From Gammaproteobacteria bacterium (GTDB lineage Bacteria > Pseudomonadota > Gammaproteobacteria > Natronospirales > REEB76): a stretch of 64,000 bases of DNA. Location: assembly GCA_036271575.1 (NCBI GenBank), contig DATBAJ010000060.1, positions 5,579 to 69,578 on the forward strand. Reading direction: 5' to 3'. Below the pieces are notes generated by a model. That model saw only the letters and a program-made list of their open reading frames with translations, had not been told where the DNA came from and did no database searches. Each line of letters opens with the position of its first letter. The stretch's first letter is position 1. Positions 27,251-36,889 of the stretch are shown one piece after another. Made by a program: the position numbers and the translations under genes.

Positions 27251-29026
27251 GTGGCTGACGAAGCCCAGGAGAAAGCCGAACGCCTGCGGCTGGTCTACCG
27301 GACCGAGACCGCGGGCCGCCCCAGCGACGTGGAGCTGCCGTTCCGCATCCTGGTGCTGGGCGATTTCACGCGCGATGCGCGCGCGGGCTTCGAGGCCGGC
27401 AACAAGGCCTTGCCGGTGCCGCGCGGCGCGCTCGACCCGATCCTGGCCAAGCTCTCGCCCAAGCTCAAGCTGCAGGTGCCGAACCGCCTGAGCGACGCCG
27501 CGGATGCGCCGCTGGAAGTGGAACTCGAATTCAGGAGTCTCGACGACTTCACGCCGGACAAGCTGATCCGCCAGGTGCCGGAGCTGCGCGCCCTGCTGGA
27601 CCTGCGCGCGCTCCTGTGGCGCTACCGGGAACGGGGCGCCGACCTGCGGCAGATCGCCGCGGATATCCAGGTGCTGCTCAAGGAATGGGAGATGGATACC
27701 CGCTCCGGGCGCTTCTGGCACGACGCGCTGAAGTCGCGGGTCGCCGCGCTCGGCGCCCACAACGTGGGCCAGATGCTGGCCGAGATCGACGCGCGCCTGG
27801 GGCCGCAGCTCGACCAGATATTGCATCACCCGGAGTTCCGCAGCCTCGAAGCCTCATGGCGAGGCCTGCAGTTTCTGGCGGAACGGGTGGACCAGACGGA
27901 GAACTGCCTGGTGGAGGTGCTGAACCTCTCGAAGCAGCACCTGCAGGAGGATTTCGAGGACGTGCCGGAGGTGGTGCAGTCGCAGCTCTACCAGCTCGTC
28001 TATACCGGCGAGTTCGGCCAGTACGGCGGGCGCCCCTACAGCCTGCTGGTGGGGGACTTCAGTTTCGGTCCCGGCGCAGCCGACGTGCGCCTGCTGCAGA
28101 ACCTGGCGAGCGTCGCCGCGGTGGCGCATGCGCCGTTCATCGCCGCCGCCGGCCCCGGGTTCTTCGGCCTCAACAGTTTCACGGGCTTGCCGCGGCTGCG
28201 CGACCTGCGCTCGCTCATGGCGGAACCGCAGTTCACCAAGTGGCGAAGCCTGCGCGAGAGCGAGGACGCCCGTTACCTGGCGTTGACCTTGCCGCGCTTC
28301 CTGCTGCGCCGCGGTTACGGCACGCCGGGACTCAAGGCGGCGGCCTTCGATTACACCGAGAGCTTCACCGGCGACGAAGACCGCTGCCTGTGGGGCAACG
28401 CCGCCTATGCCTTCACCACCCGTCTCGCGGCGAGTTTCGCCCGCTTCCGCTGGTGCCTGAACGTGACCGGCAAGGAATACGGCCGGGTCGAGGGACTGAC
28501 GGTGCAGGGCGAGGGACCTGGCATGGTGCCCACCGAGGTGGTGGTGGACGACACCCTGGAAGTGGACCTGTCGCGCTTCGGCTTCATCACCCTGACTGCC
28601 CACCGCGGCGAGAACGAAGTGGCGTTCTACACCGCGACTTCGGTGCAGAGCGTGCCGGAGGAGGAGGGCGCGACCCCGAGCGCCGGCATCGGCCGCAAGC
28701 TCGCCGCGCAACTCCCGTATCTATTGCTGGTGAGCCGCCTCGCCCATTACCTCAAGGTGATGCAGCGCGAGCACCTGGGCGCCTGGCGCAACCGCGCCGA
28801 GGTGGAGAAGGAACTGGGCCAGTGGATCCAGCAGTACGTGACCGACATGGCCAACCCGGCGCCGAGCGTGCGCGCCCGCCGGCCGCTGCGCCAGGCCAAG
28901 ATCGAGGTGGTGGAGGTACCCGGCAAGACCGACTGGTACCTGGTGAGGCTCAACATCACGCCGCACCTGAAATACCTGGGCTCGCCGTTCTCGCTGGCGG
29001 TGAGCGGCAAACTGGAAAAAGCATGA
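27251..29026 (+). CDS. Fused TssB-TssC sheath protein
   Basis: aa ~10-122 align by eye to TssB ('VELPFRILVLGDFT','DDFTPD..IRQVPEL'); from aa ~172 align to TssC ('MLAEID.RL..QLDQILH','SWRGL','RLAHYLKVMQRE','TPHLKYLG'). Confidence 0.9.
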   Translation: MADEAQEKAERLRLVYRTETAGRPSDVELPFRILVLGDFTRDARAGFEAGNKALPVPRGALDPILAKLSPKLKLQVPNRLSDAADAPLEVELEFRSLDDFTPDKLIRQVPELRALLDLRALLWRYRERGADLRQIAADIQVLLKEWEMDTRSGRFWHDALKSRVAALGAHNVGQMLAEIDARLGPQLDQILHHPEFRSLEASWRGLQFLAERVDQTENCLVEVLNLSKQHLQEDFEDVPEVVQSQLYQLVYTGEFGQYGGRPYSLLVGDFSFGPGAADVRLLQNLASVAAVAHAPFIAAAGPGFFGLNSFTGLPRLRDLRSLMAEPQFTKWRSLRESEDARYLALTLPRFLLRRGYGTPGLKAAAFDYTESFTGDEDRCLWGNAAYAFTTRLAASFARFRWCLNVTGKEYGRVEGLTVQGEGPGMVPTEVVVDDTLEVDLSRFGFITLTAHRGENEVAFYTATSVQSVPEEEGATPSAGIGRKLAAQLPYLLLVSRLAHYLKVMQREHLGAWRNRAEVEKELGQWIQQYVTDMANPAPSVRARRPLRQAKIEVVEVPGKTDWYLVRLNITPHLKYLGSPFSLAVSGKLEKA

Positions 29027-29068
29027 CGGCCGGGTCCGCCCGCTGCCGCCTTTGAGGAGTGACGCATC

Positions 29069-29557
29069 ATGCCGATACCGGGAAATCTGACGTTGGTGGG
29101 CAAGGAGCAGGGGCCGATCGAGGGTTCCTGCGACATCGAGGGCCGTGAAGATACCGTGCTGGTGCAGGCCTTCAAACACCTGGTGGAGGTGCCGACCAAC
29201 GAGAACGGCGTGCCTTCAGGCAGGCGCGTGCACCGGCCCTTGATGATCACCAAGGAGGTGGACAAGAGCACCCCTAAGCTCTATCAGGCCCTGTGCAGTG
29301 GTGAGGTGATGAGCGAGGCCACGCTGCGCTGGTACCGGCTGGACGGTGCCGGCGACGAGACTCAATACTTCACGGTGATGCTGCAGAACGCGCTGATCGT
29401 GAAGGTGGATTCCTGGGTGCCGGACGTGCTGGACAAGCAGTTCGCCAGCTACACGAACATGGAGAACGTATGGTTCAGCTACGAGGTGATCCGCTGGACC
29501 TGGGAAGAGGACGGCATCGAGTACGAGGAACACTGGAACCAGGATCCCAACAAATAA
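29069..29557 (+). CDS. hcp: Second, divergent Hcp-family tube protein
   Basis: 'QGPIEGSC...GRED.VLVQAFKH','GRRVHRP..ITKEVDKSTPKLYQAL','E.V.FSY..I.W'. Confidence 0.92.
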   Translation: MPIPGNLTLVGKEQGPIEGSCDIEGREDTVLVQAFKHLVEVPTNENGVPSGRRVHRPLMITKEVDKSTPKLYQALCSGEVMSEATLRWYRLDGAGDETQYFTVMLQNALIVKVDSWVPDVLDKQFASYTNMENVWFSYEVIRWTWEEDGIEYEEHWNQDPNK

Positions 29558-29565
29558 GGTGATGG

Positions 29566-29973
29566 ATGTCCGAGGAGAGGCTATTCAAGCGCCTGCGCCG
29601 GTGGTCGGCGGGCGGTGCGACCGGGATCGACGTGGGCGGCTACGTCGAGTCGGTGCTGCAGGACTTGGGCAGGCTGTACAACACGCGCCGCGGCTCCACG
29701 CCCTTGAGCAGCCTGTATGGCCTCCCGGACATCTCCAACATGCTCGCCAACCTCACGCCGCCGGACGTGGAGCACATCCGTGAGGCCATCGAGACCACCA
29801 CCCGGGAGTTCGAGCCGCGCATGCAGGGGACCAAGGTGAGCCTGCCGGGCGAGGAGAGCTTGGGTGTGCTGCGTTTCGCCGTGCAGGCGGACTTGCTGTA
29901 CGAGAAGACCAGGATCGCACTGCGTTATCAGGTGAACATCGAAGGTGACGGGCGCGTCAGCGTGAGGCAATAA
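29566..29973 (+). CDS. tssE: T6SS baseplate TssE (gp25-like)
   Basis: 'L..LYNTRRGS','YGLPD','FEPRM'. Confidence 0.92.
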   Translation: MSEERLFKRLRRWSAGGATGIDVGGYVESVLQDLGRLYNTRRGSTPLSSLYGLPDISNMLANLTPPDVEHIREAIETTTREFEPRMQGTKVSLPGEESLGVLRFAVQADLLYEKTRIALRYQVNIEGDGRVSVRQ

Positions 29974-29978
29974 CCGAC

Positions 29979-31706
29979 ATGAACCGCGACTACTACCAAG
30001 GCGAATTGAACGCGCTGCGCGAGCTGGCCAAGGAGTTCGCGGCGGCGCATCCGGCGCTGGCCTCGCGCCTCACCGGCCCGAGCCCGGACCCGGACGTGGA
30101 GCGCATCCTCGAGGGCGTGGCGTTCCTGACCGGCAGCGTGCGTGAGAAGCTCGACGACGACTTCCCGGAGCTGGCCCAGACCCTCACCCAGCTCATCTAT
30201 CCGCATTACCTGAAGCCGCTGCCGGCCACCACCATCGTGGAGTTCCGCCCCAAGGACACCCTGCGCCGCAACGCGGTGATCCCCACCGGCACCTACGTGG
30301 ATTCCAGCGAAGTGCAGGGCACCCACTGCCGCTTCCGCACCTGCTTCGACGTGCGCATCTCGCCCTTGAGCCTGGTGCAGGCGCAGCTCCTGGAACGTCC
30401 GGGCGGCCGGCGCGCCATCGACCTGACCCTGCAGCTGAACGGCCTGGCGCTCAGCCAGTGGGACGAGGAGAAGTTGCCGCTGTTCATCGGCGGCGACTTC
30501 GCCGGAGCCGCGGACCTGTACATGCTGTTGCTGCGCGGGTTGGAGCGCATCGTGATCTCCACCGGCGCCGGCGAGCACGAGTTGCCCGCCTCGGCGCTGA
30601 AGCCGCTCGGCCTGGATGACGCCCAGGCCATGCTGCCGCGGCCGTCGGCTACGCTGCCGGCTTTCGGCCTGCTGCAGGAGTATTTCCTGCTGAAGGAGAA
30701 GTTCCTGTTCGTGGAGCTGAGCGGCCTGCAGTCCTGGCGGCAGCGCGGCAACGGCAACCAGTTCCACGTGCGTTTCGACTTCGCGCCCACCGAGACGCGT
30801 TTCCCGGTGGTGGACCGCGAACGCTTCGTGCTGCACAGCACGCCGGCGGTGAACCTGTTCCGCCATGACGCGGACCCGATCCTGCTCACCCACCGCCGCG
30901 CCGCGGTGCGGGTGCGCCCGGCGGGCGTAAGCGACGGCAACATCCAGGTGTATTCCGTGGACGAAGTGGTGGGCCACACCCGCGGTTCGGCGCTGCGCCA
31001 GGAATACCGGCCGGTGAACCTGTACGGCGCCGGCAACGCGCAGGTGCCTTATTACGACATGCATTTCGTGCGCGCCGCCGAAGGCGGCGGCGTGGAGCCG
31101 CAGTTGACGGTGGCCTATCCGCCGGGCGTGGAACTGCCGGCGCAGCAGACCCTGATCCTGGGCCTGACCTGCAGCAACGGCCGGCTGCCCTCGCAGCTCA
31201 GGCCCGGCGACATCTCGCGTTCCACCAGCGGCACCTCGGACCTGATCTCGTTCCGCAACATCCTGCCCCCGGCCGACGGCGCCGAGCCGCCGCTGGGCGA
31301 GGCGGTGCTGTGGCGGCTGCTCTCGCACCTGGCCCTGAACTTCCTGCCCATCGCCGACGCGGAGACCCTGCAGGCACTACTGCGCCTCTACGTGGTGCAG
31401 GGCGGCGGCCAGTCGCCGCGCGAGGTGGCGAACCACCGGCGCATCGCCTCCATCTCCAAGGTGGCCGTGCGCGCCGGCGACCGGCTGTTCGGCGCGGGCA
31501 TGATGCGCGGGCAGGAGATCCGCGCCAGCCTGCGCCAGGACCACTTCGCCTCGGCGGGGGACATGTTCCTGTTCGGCAGCCTCCTGGACCGGGTGCTGGC
31601 GACATTCTCCACCCTCAACAGTTTCAGCCTATTCACGCTCATGGATGAGCAAACCGGAAGCAGCTATACATGGCCAGCGAGACTGGGCAAGCGCGCGCTG
31701 ATCTGA
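29979..31706 (+). CDS. tssF: T6SS baseplate TssF
   Basis: 'YYQGEL..LRELAKEFA..HP','DPDVERILEGVAFL','LDDDFPEL','PAVNLF','LWRLLSHL.LN','WP.R.G'. Confidence 0.96.
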   Translation: MNRDYYQGELNALRELAKEFAAAHPALASRLTGPSPDPDVERILEGVAFLTGSVREKLDDDFPELAQTLTQLIYPHYLKPLPATTIVEFRPKDTLRRNAVIPTGTYVDSSEVQGTHCRFRTCFDVRISPLSLVQAQLLERPGGRRAIDLTLQLNGLALSQWDEEKLPLFIGGDFAGAADLYMLLLRGLERIVISTGAGEHELPASALKPLGLDDAQAMLPRPSATLPAFGLLQEYFLLKEKFLFVELSGLQSWRQRGNGNQFHVRFDFAPTETRFPVVDRERFVLHSTPAVNLFRHDADPILLTHRRAAVRVRPAGVSDGNIQVYSVDEVVGHTRGSALRQEYRPVNLYGAGNAQVPYYDMHFVRAAEGGGVEPQLTVAYPPGVELPAQQTLILGLTCSNGRLPSQLRPGDISRSTSGTSDLISFRNILPPADGAEPPLGEAVLWRLLSHLALNFLPIADAETLQALLRLYVVQGGGQSPREVANHRRIASISKVAVRAGDRLFGAGMMRGQEIRASLRQDHFASAGDMFLFGSLLDRVLATFSTLNSFSLFTLMDEQTGSSYTWPARLGKRALI

Positions 31707-32674
31707 AGCGCGAGCTGATCGCGAACAGCAGGGAGTACGACTTCTACCAGGTCGTGCGCCTGTTGCAGCGCCTGCGTGGCGAAGAGGAGGGCGGCGGCGT
31801 GCGCTTCCGGCCCCTGCTCGGCCTGGAACGCAGCGAGTCCGGCATCGCCGGCATGCGCGAGACCGAGGCCGGCTACGAGATCGAACCGACCTTCATGGCG
31901 CTGTACGGCGCGTCCTCACCCCTGCCGGTGTGGTACACCAGCGAGTTGCTGGAAGACGAGTGGCATGAGCAATCCGCCGCCCGCGACCTCCTGGACATGC
32001 TGCATCAGCAGATCTATCCGCTGCTGTATGCCGCCTGGCGCAAGTACCGGTTCGCGCTCAATGCCATCGAGGCGGAAGGCGGGGGCGAGCGCTACTGGGG
32101 GATGCTGTACGCCTTCATGGGTCTGTACGACCCGCAGATGCGGGCGCGGGTGCCGGATGCCGCCGGCTTCCTGGGCCAGACCGGTCTCTTCTGCCGCCAG
32201 GCGCGCAGCGCCGCGGCGCTGGAGGCGATGCTACGCGCGAGCCTGGGGCGCCGTGACGTGGAGATCGTCGAGTGCGTGCCGCGCCAGGCGGCGATCCCCG
32301 CCGACCAGCGCCTCAACATCGGCAAGGCCGGCTGCACGCTGGGCAGCGACGCGGTGGTGGGCGAGCGGGTGCTGGACTGTTGCGGGCGTTTCCAGATCCG
32401 CATCGGGCCCATCGATGCCGAGACCTTCAGCCTGGCGACACAAGAGGGCGGCCTGATCGAACGCATCCGGCGCATCTGCACCGAGTTCCTGGTGCAGCCG
32501 CTGGAATGCGAGGTGGTGCTGGTGCTGGACGAGGGCGTCGTGCAGCCCGCGGCACTGGGCGGCAACGATCTCAATCAGATGATGGGATTGAACGGATTCG
32601 CGAGCCTGGGCACCGATGCCTGGGTGGTGGGCGGCACCAATGCCGCCGGCCTGGAAGTGGGATTCATGCTCTAG
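31670..32674 (+). CDS. tssG: T6SS baseplate TssG
   Basis: 'YDFYQVVRLL','FMALYGASSPLP.WYT','AWRKYR','F.IRIGP'. Confidence 0.93.
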   Translation: MASETGQARADLKRELIANSREYDFYQVVRLLQRLRGEEEGGGVRFRPLLGLERSESGIAGMRETEAGYEIEPTFMALYGASSPLPVWYTSELLEDEWHEQSAARDLLDMLHQQIYPLLYAAWRKYRFALNAIEAEGGGERYWGMLYAFMGLYDPQMRARVPDAAGFLGQTGLFCRQARSAAALEAMLRASLGRRDVEIVECVPRQAAIPADQRLNIGKAGCTLGSDAVVGERVLDCCGRFQIRIGPIDAETFSLATQEGGLIERIRRICTEFLVQPLECEVVLVLDEGVVQPAALGGNDLNQMMGLNGFASLGTDAWVVGGTNAAGLEVGFML

Positions 32675-32721
32675 GTTCAAGACGGCGGCCCGAGGCCGTA
32701 CCGTCCTAGGAGGTTAGCTGC

Positions 32722-34245
32722 GTGGCGACGCCGGTATTCACATTCAAGAGCACCGCTTATGCGGCGGACGTGTTCAGCGTGGTGGACTTCCAGGGCACGG
32801 AAGCCATCTCCAGCCTCTATCAGTTCGACATCGGCCTGAAGTGCGACGTCTCCAAGACCGTCGATCTGAACACCCTGCATGCGAGTGCGGCGACGCTCTC
32901 GATCGCCAGCGACGGGACGACCAACGCCTACAGCGGCGTCTTGGCCTGGGTGGAGCAACGGCAGGTGGCGGGCGGCTACCGCCATTACCGCGTGCGCCTG
33001 GTGCCGCCGCTGTGGCAGCTGTCCCTCAATACCGGAACCAGCGGTTTCGTCTCCCAGACCCATCTGCAGGTGCTGCAGCAGTTGTTGAAGAACGCCGGTT
33101 TCACCTCGGGCGTGGACTTCGACACCAGCGCCGCCATCGCGAAATATCCGCCGTACGACTTCACCTGCCAGTACCGCGAGAGCAACCTGGCCTTCGCCAG
33201 CCGCTTGATGGAATACGAGGGCATCTATTTCTATTTCGAGGAAGTGAACGGCCAGTGCAAGCTGATGCTGGCGGACGGACTCGCCTATCCGGCCTTGCCG
33301 GCCCACGCCACCATCCCCTTCACCGATCCCGGCAGCACCAAGGATTACGATTCCATCGTCGGCCTCACCCAGCAGCTGGCGACGGTGCCGGCCGAGGTGG
33401 TGGTCACCGGATACACCTACCAGCAGCCGACGCTGGCGGTGACCGGCACCGGCGCGGTGAAGGTGAACGGTAGCGCCGTGACCGGGAGCCACAAGGCCTG
33501 GCTCTACGACCACCTGGTGCAGGACACCGATGCGGTGAAGCAACTCGCCCAGGTGCGCGCCCAGGAACAGGGTTGCTGGGCCTGCGTGTATTCAGGCAGC
33601 GGCGCGGTGCCCGGCCTGCGCGCCGGCTACACTTTCACCCTGGAGAGCCATCCGGTCGCCGCTTTCAACCGCGGCTATCTGGTGGTCTCGGTACAGCATT
33701 CCGCGCGCAACCTCGACCAGAGCTGGGGCACCGGCAGCTCCGCTTCCCAGGATGGCGGCAGCAACGATGCCTATTACAGCAACCAGTTCACCCTGGTGCC
33801 CTCGGGTGTGCAGTTCCGTCCGCGCCAAGTCACGCCGAGACCGCGCGTGGCCGGCTTGTTGTCGGCGACGGTGTACCAGTCGGCAGCGGCCAATGCCCTG
33901 GACTATGTCACGGGTGCCGATTCCGTCACCGGCATCAACGCCTTCACCCTGCCCATACCGCCCATGGATGACCAGGGCCGCTATCAGGTGAGCCTGCCCT
34001 TCGCCGACGGTTCGGTGCCGGGCTCGAGCGCGGTGTCGGCGTCGATACGCATGGCACAACCCTCCGCCGGCATCGGCGACATCGACGGCTTCGGCAACGG
34101 CGCGCAGTTCATGCTGGAGCCCGGCGCCGAGGTGCTGCTGGCCTTCGTGGATGGCAACCCGGACCTGCCGCTCATCTGCGGCGCGGTATACAACGGCCGC
34201 ATGATCTCCTGGCTGACTTCCGCGGTCTCCGCGCTGGCCTTCTGA
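32722..34245 (+). CDS. vgrG: VgrG (TssI), gp27-like hub + gp5 OB-fold only; no C-terminal beta-helix
   Basis: 'F.GTEAISSLYQFDI','QYRESNLAF.SRLME.EGIYFYF','YSNQF...P....FRP','DDQGRY.V','RMAQP.AG','GAEVLLAFVDGNPDLP.I.GAVYN' then stop 16 aa later. Confidence 0.88.
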   Translation: MATPVFTFKSTAYAADVFSVVDFQGTEAISSLYQFDIGLKCDVSKTVDLNTLHASAATLSIASDGTTNAYSGVLAWVEQRQVAGGYRHYRVRLVPPLWQLSLNTGTSGFVSQTHLQVLQQLLKNAGFTSGVDFDTSAAIAKYPPYDFTCQYRESNLAFASRLMEYEGIYFYFEEVNGQCKLMLADGLAYPALPAHATIPFTDPGSTKDYDSIVGLTQQLATVPAEVVVTGYTYQQPTLAVTGTGAVKVNGSAVTGSHKAWLYDHLVQDTDAVKQLAQVRAQEQGCWACVYSGSGAVPGLRAGYTFTLESHPVAAFNRGYLVVSVQHSARNLDQSWGTGSSASQDGGSNDAYYSNQFTLVPSGVQFRPRQVTPRPRVAGLLSATVYQSAAANALDYVTGADSVTGINAFTLPIPPMDDQGRYQVSLPFADGSVPGSSAVSASIRMAQPSAGIGDIDGFGNGAQFMLEPGAEVLLAFVDGNPDLPLICGAVYNGRMISWLTSAVSALAF

Positions 34246-34255
34246 GGAACGAGGC

Positions 34256-36889
34256 GTGCCCGGCATCCGCATCACCAAGCCTTTCAAGCTCAGCCTGCTG
34301 CACCGTACCTACCAGTACCGGGGCGAGAACAAGCTGGCGGTGAGCGTGCTCGGCATGTTCTCCCTGACGGAACCGGGCAAGGTGTTGCCGGAGAACGAGC
34401 TGTGGCGCAAGACGGTGGGCGCGCTCGGCCGTGACGGCATGTTGGATGCGGCCATGCCCAAGTCCCGGGCGGAGTTCCTGGTGAACGGCAGCTTCCATGC
34501 GCCGGGCGGCACGCCGGTGCCAGCGGGCTACGCGCGGGTGAAGCTCGGCAAGCTGGACAAGCGCATCAACGTATACGGCGATCGCCATTGGAAACGGGCT
34601 GCCGGCGTCAGCGTCGGGGTCTCGGATCCCCTGCCCATGCAGGACATGCCGCTGGATTTCGCCCACGCTCTCGGCGGCAAGGAGCACAAGCCTAACCCGG
34701 TGGGCAAGGGCATCGACGCGCTCGAGGTGGATGGCGAGTCGCGCATCCTGCTGCCGAACCTGGAGCTGCCCGGCGCGCTCATCGGTTCGCCCTCAGACCG
34801 CCCGGCACCCGCCAGCTACGGCATGCTGGATCCCATGTGGCCGCAGCGCTACGCCAAGGTCGGCACCTACGACCAGAAATGGATGAAGGAGCGCGCCCCG
34901 GGCCTGGCGGATGACCTCAAGTGGGAATACTTCAACGTGGCCGCCGAGGACCAGTGGAGCGATGACTATTGGCGCGGCGACGAGGAGTTCGAACTCCACA
35001 ACCTGCATCCTGCGCGGCCCCTGATCCAGGGGCGCCTGCCGGGCCTGGCGGCGCGCGCCTTCGTGGTGCATGGCCACGGCAAGGACGGACGCCTGGAGGA
35101 ACTGGCGACGCGGCTCGACACCGTGCATTTCTTTCCCGGCGAGGAGGGCGGCATCTGCATCTGGCGCGGCGACACCCGCATCACGACCGACGACGCCAGC
35201 GACGTGGCGCAGATCATGATCGCCTACGAACGCAGCGCCGATCCACGCCGCAGCCTGGAACACTATCAGGACGCATTGCGCCGCCGCCTGGACCGGACCA
35301 GCCGGGCCATGCTGCTACTGGATGAGCGCGACCTCATCCCCGACGGCGACAAATCCGGCCTGGCGGAAGTCATCGAGCGCTCTACCGACCACGACAGCAA
35401 AGAAGGCCTGTTGGCCAAGAACCAGAAGCAGAGGATGAAGGAGGAGTCCGCCAAGACGCGGGCGCGGCTGGCGGAATTGGGGATAGACACCGCGGTGCCC
35501 GAACCGCAGGCGGAAGCATCCGTCCCCAACCGTGAGCTGCCCGACATCGCCAAGCTGTTAGCAGACGCCCACAAGCAGCGCGCAGCGGCAGAGGCACAGG
35601 CCAAGGAGAAGATGGAAGCCATGTGCAAGCAGCTGGGCATCGATCCCAGCAAGGTCATGGGTCCCAAAGCGGCCGCCAACTTGCCGCGCTTCTCCGCCGC
35701 GGAGCGCCTCGCCAAGGTACGGGCGATGCTGGATGGCAGTCCGGGCTCCGAGGAACTGCTGAAGAAGATGACCGGCATCTCCGATCTGCAGGTGCTGGAA
35801 GCCAAGTTCCAGGCGGCCGAGGATGCATTCCGCAGCAGCTATGCCCTGGCAGCCCATACCCTGAGCAGCGGGCTGCCGGCGGAGCGCCAGGCCGGGCTCG
35901 TGGCCTTGCGGGCGGAAGTGCTGCAACGCCTGAAGCACGGTGAGTCCCTGGCGCGCATGGACCTGGCGGGCGTGGACCTGTCCGGTGCGGACATGAAGGG
36001 CGCGGACCTCTCCGGGTGCTATCTCGAATACGCGAATCTATCCGGTGCCGACCTCACGGGCGCCAGGCTCAAGGGCGCCATCGCCACCCACGTCAACTTC
36101 AGCGGCGCCAAACTCACCCAGGCGGACTTTGCCGGCGCCAACCTCGGCAAGTCCAGTTTCGTGGATGCCAAGGGGGCGGGCGTCGACTTCAGCGGCGCGG
36201 TGGTGAGCGAGACCAGCTTCGAGGCGAGCGCCTTCCCGGGGGCGAAGTTCCTCGGCGGGCAGATGATGAAGACCGATTTCAGCGGCGCCGATTTCAGCCG
36301 CACCGACTTCCAGAAGCCGCTGTTCATGGATTGCCGGCTGGACGGCGCCAAGCTGACCGGTGCGACACTGCAGCGGGCCATCGTCATGGGCGGCAGCGCC
36401 AAGGGCCTGGACCTGAGCGAGGCCCGGGGCGAGGCCCTGCTGTTCGTGAACGTGGACCTGGATCATCTCAAGGCGGCGCGGGCCGAGATCAACAAGCTGC
36501 GCCTGGTGGGCGCAGAGACCCGCGCGCGCGGCGCCGACTTCAGCGGCGCCAAGCTGCCGGGCTCCAACCTGCGCGGCATCGACCTGGAGGAAGCCAACTT
36601 CGAGCGCTCCATCCTGGATGGGGCGGATCTGAGCGAAGCCAGCTTGCGCAAGGCGCGCTTCCAGGGAGCCAGTGCCCAGCGCGCCCATTTCATGCAGAGC
36701 GACCTGGAGGGAGCGAAGCTCTCCAACTGCAACCTCAAGGAGGCCATGCTCAACAAGGCGCGCCTGGTGCAGGCAGACCTGACCGGCTCCAACTGCTTCG
36801 GCGCCGAGTTCCTGGGAGTGACGGTGGGTGAGACCCGTTTCCACGGTGCCAACCTCAAGCGCACCAAGCTCAAGGACTGGCACCCGTGA
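34256..36889 (+). CDS. DUF2169 domain + pentapeptide repeats (TagAB-like spike chaperone)
   Basis: 'LD..MPK..AEFLV.G','VYGDR.W','NPVGKG','LPNLE','WPQR...GTYD..W','FN.A..DQW','LDTV' and C-terminal A[D/N]LxG repeats. Confidence 0.88.
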   Translation: MPGIRITKPFKLSLLHRTYQYRGENKLAVSVLGMFSLTEPGKVLPENELWRKTVGALGRDGMLDAAMPKSRAEFLVNGSFHAPGGTPVPAGYARVKLGKLDKRINVYGDRHWKRAAGVSVGVSDPLPMQDMPLDFAHALGGKEHKPNPVGKGIDALEVDGESRILLPNLELPGALIGSPSDRPAPASYGMLDPMWPQRYAKVGTYDQKWMKERAPGLADDLKWEYFNVAAEDQWSDDYWRGDEEFELHNLHPARPLIQGRLPGLAARAFVVHGHGKDGRLEELATRLDTVHFFPGEEGGICIWRGDTRITTDDASDVAQIMIAYERSADPRRSLEHYQDALRRRLDRTSRAMLLLDERDLIPDGDKSGLAEVIERSTDHDSKEGLLAKNQKQRMKEESAKTRARLAELGIDTAVPEPQAEASVPNRELPDIAKLLADAHKQRAAAEAQAKEKMEAMCKQLGIDPSKVMGPKAAANLPRFSAAERLAKVRAMLDGSPGSEELLKKMTGISDLQVLEAKFQAAEDAFRSSYALAAHTLSSGLPAERQAGLVALRAEVLQRLKHGESLARMDLAGVDLSGADMKGADLSGCYLEYANLSGADLTGARLKGAIATHVNFSGAKLTQADFAGANLGKSSFVDAKGAGVDFSGAVVSETSFEASAFPGAKFLGGQMMKTDFSGADFSRTDFQKPLFMDCRLDGAKLTGATLQRAIVMGGSAKGLDLSEARGEALLFVNVDLDHLKAARAEINKLRLVGAETRARGADFSGAKLPGSNLRGIDLEEANFERSILDGADLSEASLRKARFQGASAQRAHFMQSDLEGAKLSNCNLKEAMLNKARLVQADLTGSNCFGAEFLGVTVGETRFHGANLKRTKLKDWHP

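Noticed and set aside
32722..34245. vgrG as a pseudogene
   Set aside because: ORF is intact to a clean domain boundary, next gene starts 10 bp later, and all other tss genes are intact. Not fully excluded without comparative data.
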